Assembly (NCBI GenBank): GCA_964016885.1
Contig: OZ024741.1
Location: forward strand, 409,386,001-409,450,000
Reading direction: 5' to 3'
From: Eledone cirrhosa
Lineage: Eukaryota
DNA: 64,000 nt
Position 1 is the first letter of the stretch; each line of letters starts with the position of its first letter. The position numbers were made by a program, and so were the translations under genes. The notes under the pieces are model-generated. The model had not been told where the DNA came from and searched no databases. It worked only from the letters and a program-made list of their open reading frames with translations. Shown piece by piece: positions 57,041 to 64,000 of this stretch.

Positions 57041-57190
57041 TGTCTGGCAGGGCATTCCTGCTGGTTTCATACGAATGAAACAGTTCTAGTCCTGTAGAAC
57101 CCATTTCTAAATTAAATGTTGTTGTTTTCACTCTTCTAATGTATTGAGTACCTTATTTACTGTGGTTTCCCCCAATTTGACTTGGAATCT
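57041..57190 (+). mobile_element. Short repeat-terminus fragment (probable PLE end)
   Basis: Carries GTATTGAGTACCTT (shared with 55968-56052 and ~62086) and a GAAA-CAG...CTG-TA hammerhead 3'-half-like sequence. Confidence 0.45.
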
Positions 57191-57440
57191 ACACACACAC
57201 ACACACATATATATTTATCTAACCTGATTGGTTATTTTGTTGCTTTGGTATTATGTGGCTAGGCTCGCCTGTCGCAGTTTTCAATTAGTCAAGCTATCTA
57301 ATGTATGTTATTACTCTAAGGTGACACAGCCTTATCGAGTGCTTTGCTGCACATTCCTAATTGTATATCGTTAGCTTGGCCACAGCCAAAACTTCGATTT
57401 TACTAAACTTCCATTTGTATATATATATATATATATGTAT

Positions 57441-59617
57441 ATCATCATCATCATCATCACCGTTTTACGTCCGTTCTTCCACGCTAGCATGGGTTAGACG
57501 GGTTGTCCTGTTGTGGGCAGTGTCTGGTCGGCTGACCATGCCTTGCTCATACAGGAACTGATCTGGCTTGATTTCTACAGCTGGATGCCCTTCCTAACAC
57601 CAACCTCATTTACAGTGAGTGCTGGGTGCTTTTTCGTGGCGCCTACACGTCCACTTTACAGTGTGGGCTGGGTGCTTTTTTGCCGTGGCACCTCCACGAC
57701 CACCTTGCGGTGGGGGGGGGGGGGGCATATTGTTTATATGCTTCAGCATGTACCCATGGGAGGTCGGGTACCCTGTATTACTGCGTGACGCCAGAAGTCA
57801 CGGTCGTGTGTCATTGACTTTGAGAGGTGTAGTTGGGTAAGGTCGGCTTTTATCACCTCATCCCAAGTCATCTTGGGTCTCCCCACTCCGCGGTTTCCAT
57901 CAACTTCTAGTGCTCTGCACCTTTTTATGCAGCTGTCATCCTTCATACGCATCACATGTCCATACCAGCGTAACCGCCTCTCCTGCACGCAGCATTTGAT
58001 TCCTCTTATGCTCAGTCTCTCTCTCAATTCATTTATGCTTTGTCGTTCACGTATATTACTGTTACACATCCATCGGAGCATGCAGGCTTCGTTTCTCTCT
58101 AATCTACGTAAGTCTTCCACCTTCAGCGCCCAGGTCTCACTACCATGCAACATCGCTGTTCGGATACACGCATCATACAGTCTGCCTTTCATTCTGAGGG
58201 AGAAGCCTTTTGCAGCTAGCAGTGGTAGTAGTTCCCTAAACTTCTTCCATCCCGTTCTTACCCTAGTTATTGTACTTTCTGAGCACCCACCTCCGTTGCT
58301 AATTCGGTCACCTAGGTAGCAGAAGCTGTCTACTGTTTCTACAGGGCCCTCCCAGAGATTGGTGGTACTTGTTTCCTGTGGCTGTTTGCTTGCTGTTTCA
58401 GCACAGCTGCTGCATGTGAATCCTACATTCTTAATTAAGCTTCCTGAGATCCCGCTACATCTCTTGTGTACCCATTGTTTGCATTTGGGGCAAAGAATGG
58501 AGTTCCTACCTACACCTTTCCTACATACTGAGCAAGGCCATTTCCCTGAGGGGATCTGGGTTCTGTTTTCTCGTCTACTTATAAGGACCTTAGTCTTTGT
58601 CATGTTGACTTTGAGGCCCTTTCTCTCTAGTCCCTGCTTCCAGGTTTGGAATTTATTCTCTAGTTCTACCATAGATTCAGCTATGAGTGCGAGGTCATCA
58701 GCATACAGGAGTTCCCATGGGCATCCGGTCTTAAACTCCTCCGTTATTGCCTGCAGGACTATGATGAACAGGAGAGGGCTAAGAACAGAGCCCTGGTGGA
58801 CCCCAACCTGTACGCTAAATTCCTCGCTATACTCATTGCCAATCCTAACTTTGCTGACTGCTCCCCTATACATGGCTTGTACCGCTTTCACAAGCCATTC
58901 ATCTACTCCTAGTTTTCTAAGAGCCCACCAGATTACTGCACGTGGAACTCTGTCAAAGGCTTTCTCAAGGTCGACAAATGCCAAGTAGAGTGGCTTACTT
59001 TTAGCTAGGTACTTTTCCTGTAATTGCCTCACAAGGAAGAGCGCATCAGTGGTGCCTTTCCCTGGAACAAACCCAAATTGCATCTCGTCTATATTCACCC
59101 GGTCCCTAATCAGCTGTGCTATAACTCTTTCTGTTACTTTCATGACCTGGTCCATCAACTTTATACCTCTATAGTTTCCTCTATCTAGTGCATCGCCTTT
59201 ACCTTTGTAGCAGTTGACAATGATGCTACTGCACCAATCTTTTGGTATGGCCCCCTCTAGTATTACCTGGTTAACGATACGTGTGGTTATAGTGTGACCT
59301 ACAGACCCAGATGCCTTCAGCATCTCGGCAGCTATACCCGATGGACCGGTTGCCTTCCCTATCTTCATATCTCTGATTGCCTTACTTACTACGCTGCCGC
59401 TGACTTGTACTGCTGGTCCCTCTATAGGGTCTACGTGGGGTAGGGTCTCTTCTTCCCATGCATTCTCCTCATTTAGTAATCTATCATAATGACTCTTCCA
59501 TGCATCTTTCTTCTCAGCACTTGTGAGGGCAAGCTCACCTTTATCATTCCGGATACACTTCTCTCCAATGACATCACAACTATCTCTGACACACTGCCTC
59601 GCAATCTTGAATACCTC

Positions 59618-59620
<3 letters not shown>
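57441..59620 (-). mobile_element. 5'-truncated RTE-clade LINE inserted in (TA)n
   Basis: Open RT frame, ~300-nt 3' UTR, (GAT)n tail at 57441-57458, TA runs on both sides. Confidence 0.95.
57743..59620 (-). CDS. LINE reverse transcriptase (5'-truncated, endonuclease missing) with an embedded PHD finger
   Basis: 541-aa ORF with NYRGIKL, QFGFVPGKGTTDA, FVDLEKAFDRV, GVHQGSVLSPLLF and YADD motifs. The frame stays open upstream to ~59620 (EVFKIARQ...WKSHYDRLLNEEN). C4HC3 motif CSVC..CPKC..HKRC..CSSC lies after the RT core. Confidence 0.92.
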
Positions 59621-59649
<29 letters not shown>

Positions 59650-59653
<4 letters not shown>

Positions 59654-59885
59654 TCATCATCATCATCACCGTTTTACGTCCGTTCTTCCATGCTAGCATG
59701 GGTTAGACGGGTTGTCTTGTTGTGGGCAGTGTCTGGTCGGCTGACCATGCCTTGCTCATACAGGAACTGATCTGGCTTGATTTCTACAGCTGGATGCCCT
59801 TCCTAACACCAACCTCATAGTGAGTGTTGGGTGCTTTTTTTCATGGCACCTACACGTCCACTTTACAGTGGGAAGGTGTGGGGGA
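59650..59885 (-). mobile_element. 3'-UTR-only copy of the same RTE LINE
   Basis: Near-identical to 57441-~57665, with (GAT)n tail and TA flanks. Confidence 0.9.
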
Positions 59886-59917
<32 letters not shown>

Positions 59918-60000
59918 ATACTTTGGGAGGGTCATGTTGCCATATCGGTTTCAACACATGATTTCAGATAAAGAATCTTGCTAAACAAATTCAGAAACGA

Positions 60001-60083
60001 AATATATATACATATACATATATATATACATATACATATATATATACATATACATATATATATACATATACATATATATATAC

Positions 60084-60128
<45 letters not shown>

Positions 60129-60201
60129 CATATACATATATATATACATATACATATATATATACATATACATATATATATACATATACATATATATATA
60201 C

Positions 60202-60232
<31 letters not shown>

Positions 60233-60233
60233 C

Positions 60234-60280
<47 letters not shown>

Positions 60281-60379
60281 CATATATATATATACAAATA
60301 TATATATATATACATATATATATACAAATATATATATATATACATATATACATATATATATATATACATATATATATAC

Positions 60380-60412
<33 letters not shown>

Positions 60413-60423
60413 CATATATATAC

Positions 60424-60472
<49 letters not shown>

Positions 60473-60526
60473 CATATATATACATATATACATATATATA
60501 CATATATATACATATATATATATACA
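60001..60526. repeat. (TA)n/(TATACA)n microsatellite
   Basis: Direct. Confidence 0.97.
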
Positions 60527-60527
60527 T

Positions 60528-60646
60528 GAAGGCGTGTGGCTGAGTGGTTAGAGAATTGGATTCACAATCATAAGGTTGTGAGTTCGATTCCTGGACCAGG
60601 CGATGCGTTATGTCCTTGGGCAAGACACTTTATTTCACGTTGCTCC
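60528..60646 (+). mobile_element. tRNA-derived SINE 5' part (head and CORE-like domain)
   Basis: A box TGGCTGAGTGG 60537-47, B box GAGTTCGATTC 60580-90, then tgtccttgggcaagacactttatttcac as in the SINE at 53835. Confidence 0.85.
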
Positions 60647-60745
60647 TTCTACCTGGAGTTGCGACCGATAGATAGTATTAGCAATTGGAAAGACCAACGG
60701 AAACATTGTTCCCTCGGTCCGATTTGACGAAAGTCGATCGACTCC

Positions 60746-60817
60746 TATATATACATATATATACATATATATATATATACATATATATACATATATATAT
60801 ATATACATATATATACA

Positions 60818-60909
<92 letters not shown>

Positions 60910-60914
60910 CATAT
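60746..60914. repeat. (TA)n/(TATACA)n microsatellite
   Basis: Direct. Confidence 0.95.
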
Positions 60915-61971
60915 ATCATCATCACCGTTTTACGTCCGTTCTTCCACGCTAGCATGGGTTAGACGGGTTGTCCTGTTGTGTGCAGTGTCTGGTCGGCTGA
61001 CCATGCCTTGCTCATACAGGAACTGATCTGGCTTGATTTCTACAGCTGGATGCCCTTCCTAACACCAACCTCATTTACAGCGAGTGCTGGGTGCTTTTTC
61101 GTGGCGCCTACACGTCCACTTTACAGTATGGGCTGGGTGCTTTTTTTGCCGTGGCACCTCCACGACCACCTTGCGTTGGGGGGAGTGGGGGCATATTGTT
61201 TATATGCTTCAGCATGTACCCATGGGAGGTCGGGTACCCTGTATTACTGCGTGACGCCAGAAGTCACGGTCGTGTGTCATTGTCTTTGAGAGGTGTAGTT
61301 GGGTAAGGTCGGCTTTTATCACCTCATTCCAAGTCATCTTGGGTCTCCCCACTCCGCGGTTTCCATCAACTTCTAGTGCTCTGCACCTTTTTATGCAGCT
61401 GTCATCCTTCATATGCATCACATGTCCATACCAGCGTAACCGCCTCTCCTGCACGCAGCATTTGATTCCTCTTATGCTCAGTCTCTCTCTCAATTCCTTT
61501 ATGCTTTGTCATTCACGTATATTACTGTTACACATCCATCGGAGCATGCAGGCTTCGTTTCTCTCTAATCTACGTAAGTCTTCCACCTTCAGCGCCCAGG
61601 TCTCACTACCATGCAACATCGCTGTTCGGAAACACGCATCATACAGTCTGCCTTTCATTCTGAGGGAGAAGCCTTTTGCAGCTAGCAGTGGTAGTAGTTC
61701 CCTAAACTTCTTCCATCCCGTTCTTACCCTAGTTATTGTACTTTCTGAGCACCCACCTCCGTTGCTAATTCGGTCACCTAGGTAGCAGAAGCTGTCTACT
61801 GTTTCTACAGGGCCCTCCCAGAGATTGGTGGTACTTGTTTCCTGTGGCTGTTTGCTTGCTGTTTCAGCACAGCTGCTGCATGTGAATCCTACATTCTTAA
61901 TTAAGCTTCCTGAGATCCCGCTACATCTCTTGTGTACCCATTGTTTGCATTTGGGGCAGAGAATGGAGTTC
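60915..61971 (-). mobile_element. Second, shorter 5'-truncated copy of the RTE LINE
   Basis: Near-identical to 57441-58505; compare ORFs 57873 and 61339, which differ by a few residues. (GAT)n tail, TA flanks. Confidence 0.95.
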
Positions 61972-62003
<32 letters not shown>

Positions 62004-62137
62004 TATGAGAATGGAGTTCTATGTATATATATATATATATACATAACGAAGGAAATGTGGTAAGGAACCAGGTGGACCATAACGCACCAAAGTACTCAAT
62101 ACTTGAGGTAGTAGAGTGGGTAATAGGAACCAGTAAG

Positions 62138-62231
62138 ACCCCGACAGCTGAGCTCAAGCCGTTTCGACGGCTAATTCTGGACTAAATGAAAATTTATCCT
62201 GGTATTTAAATAGCCGATCTTCTCAAGGGGT
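62138..62231 (-). ncRNA. Complete type I hammerhead ribozyme with U3-A8 core and long stem II
   Basis: Minus strand: ACCCC | TTGAGAA | GA(T)CGGCTA...TAGCCGTC | GAAA | CGGCT-tgagctc-AGCTG | TC | GGGGT. All three stems pair. GUC site, with cleavage predicted after 62143. Confidence 0.85.
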
Positions 62232-63352
62232 AATTCCATATATGGTCAAAGTGATTGTCAAAAATCAGTAGTAATTCTGTGGTTGCAAATTAGTAGGGGA
62301 GATGGTGGCTAAACCTGCCAGTAGGAGAAAGAGGGGCGGGGGTGGAGTAGACCCAATCAAGCGTTGGTAGTGCCAGCTACAGCTGGGCATGAGGTCAAAG
62401 AAGATACAGGGGAGGGGGAGGGGGAGGAAGTCGGAACGGTAGGTAGAACAATGGGGGGTAGAAGGGGTAGAAATATATAGGAAAGAAAAAATACTGAGAG
62501 TGAAGAAAAGCAAATAAGTGTAAAGAAAAAAGTAAAGTAAATTAAATTCTACGACCTAGGTCTCAGGCTATTGTTAGGCTAGAATAAAATAAATAAAGAA
62601 AGAAAGAAGTAAAGAAAAAAATAAATAAAGAAATAACGATATAAGTAAAAGAACTAGGTGGGACGGGATAGGCAAGGACCCTTATAAGAGGTATAAGTAC
62701 GTAAATGATACGGTGACGGGTCAACAAAAGGGGCCAAAATACTAAAGAGACTACCACGAAATAAACAATAAAGGTTTCCATCCCGGGCCAGCAACGGCCC
62801 AGTGCAGCAAAGTGAACTTGTACGAGATAATAATTCTGAGTCCCGAGAAAAATATATACTAATGCTAACTCTAAAAGATCTAAAACAAGCTACATGAAAG
62901 TTCGTACGAAATAAAGGTAGAATACGGAGAAATAAATTCAGAATCCACCCCGCCCAGAAGAAAAGCGGAGCAAGAAATACTGAAACGAAAAAATAAGGCA
63001 TAAGTGCCACTAAGAAATATAGAGGGCACAGAGAATAGTGGGAGCGGTCGGAAAAAGGGGGCAAGTATCCGGGGTCTAAGCCAACTGCTATAAAGGGCGG
63101 AGTCCGCCAAATCTATCATAGACTAGGGGAGGGGGTGGTGGGGGTACTAAGGCTACATGGGGCCAAAGGGCAGCCTCGGGTGGGCGAGAAAAGAAGCCGA
63201 CAAAGGAGAAGAGCTGGGGTAGAAGGACTAAGGAGAGAGGGGGGAAGGAAATAAAGGAAGCGATAAAAGAATACAAAGAAGATCTTACGTCTTCCTTGGC
63301 AAGCAGGGGTTACCCATTGCAAAATCGGCAAGTGGGGTGTTATAGCCCTAGT

Positions 63353-63474
63353 CTACCCCCCCGGGTCATTATGGGGTTTGAGGGCGAGGTAAGTCCTACG
63401 CAATCTATGTTTACATGCAGTAACCAGTTCATCTTTCTTGTTTAGGAGTTGGTCCGTCGAAAACAGCATTTGTA
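63353..63474 (-). pseudogene. Extreme C-terminus of a PLE ORF
   Basis: QMLFSTDQLLNKKDELVTACKHRLRRTYLALKPHNDPGG* (stop at 63355-63353), truncated at the inversion junction. Confidence 0.6.
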
Positions 63475-63936
63475 AAGGGTCCTTGCCTAATCCGTCCCAC
63501 CTAGTTCTTTTACTTATTTCGTTATTTCTTTATTTATTTTTTTCTTTATTTTTTTCTTTACTTCTTTCTTTCTTTCTTTATTTTATTCTAGCCTAACAAT
63601 AGCCTGAGACCTAGGTCGTAGAATTTAATTTACTTTACTTTTTTCTTTACACTTATTTGCTTTTCTTCACTCTCAGTATTTTTTCTTTCCTATATATTTC
63701 TACCCCTTCTACCCCCCATTTCTACCTACCGTTCCGACTTCCTCCCCCTCCCCCTCCCCTGTATCTTCTTTGACCTCATGCCCAGCTGTAGCTGGCACTA
63801 CCAACGCTTGATTGGGTCTACTCCACCCCCGCCCCTCTTTCTCCTACTGGCAGGTTTAGCCACCATCTCCCCTACTAATTTGCAACCACAGAATTACTAC
63901 TGATTTTTGACAATCACTTTGACCATATATGGAATT

Positions 63937-64000
63937 ACCCCTTGAGAAGATCGGCTATTTAAATACCAGGATAAATTTTCATTTAGTCCAGAATTAGCCG
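63937..64000 (+). ncRNA. Mirror copy of the 62138-62231 hammerhead, cut by the window edge
   Basis: acccc-TTGAGAA-gatcggcta...tagccg is identical to the minus-strand copy up to base 64000. Confidence 0.7.

Larger units (their letters stand above)
62046..64000 (-). mobile_element. 5'-truncated Penelope-like element with a long inverted terminal repeat (continues beyond window)
   Basis: 63475-64000 is the reverse complement of 62167-62683. The minus-strand remnant LLNKKDELVTACKHR at 63448-63404 resembles the LLNKRSELxxxCRHR terminus of PLE ORFs. Both arms carry a hammerhead. Confidence 0.8.

Noticed and set aside
57873-58988. + strand ORFs of 148 and 209 aa (and 61339-61785)
   Set aside because: Antisense shadows of the LINE RT frame.
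59932-60955. YI/YM-rich ORFs (also 53343-54515)
   Set aside because: Translations of TA/TC microsatellites.
62770-62815. Additional hammerhead candidate (GGGCC/GGCCC hairpin near GAAA on the minus strand)
   Set aside because: No YUGANRA core at the required position.

Overview
Animal genomic DNA. The (TA)n-rich background, tRNA/CORE-type SINEs, RTE LINEs and Penelope-like elements suggest a cephalopod mollusc (inference). About 80% of the window is two tandem arrays on either side of a 200-N scaffold gap: a ~40.8 kb 56-bp satellite (~729 copies, with nested 33-, 43-, 100- and 160-unit duplications) and a ~9.3 kb CCAACATTA(CTA)n array. The 56-bp monomer continues in frame from a decayed RTE-LINE C-terminus at its left edge, so the satellite appears to have been born from a LINE fragment. 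The last 12.3 kb holds one large + strand coding exon (54489-55906). It encodes a probable macrodomain C-terminus, a Ser/Lys-rich linker, a C3HC4 RING and the start of a Deltex C-terminal domain, i.e. a DTX3L-like E3 ligase apparently fused to a macrodomain. The flanking, presumably intronic DNA contains 5'-truncated RTE LINEs with a PHD finger in the RT region, SINEs sharing that LINE's 3' tail, and several Penelope-like element remnants with inverted repeats. These remnants carry seven hammerhead-ribozyme motifs. Five of them (three distinct sequences) have the compensatory U3-A8 core instead of the canonical C3-G8. Nearly all long entries in the ORF track are repeat artefacts. All alignments and folds were done by eye.
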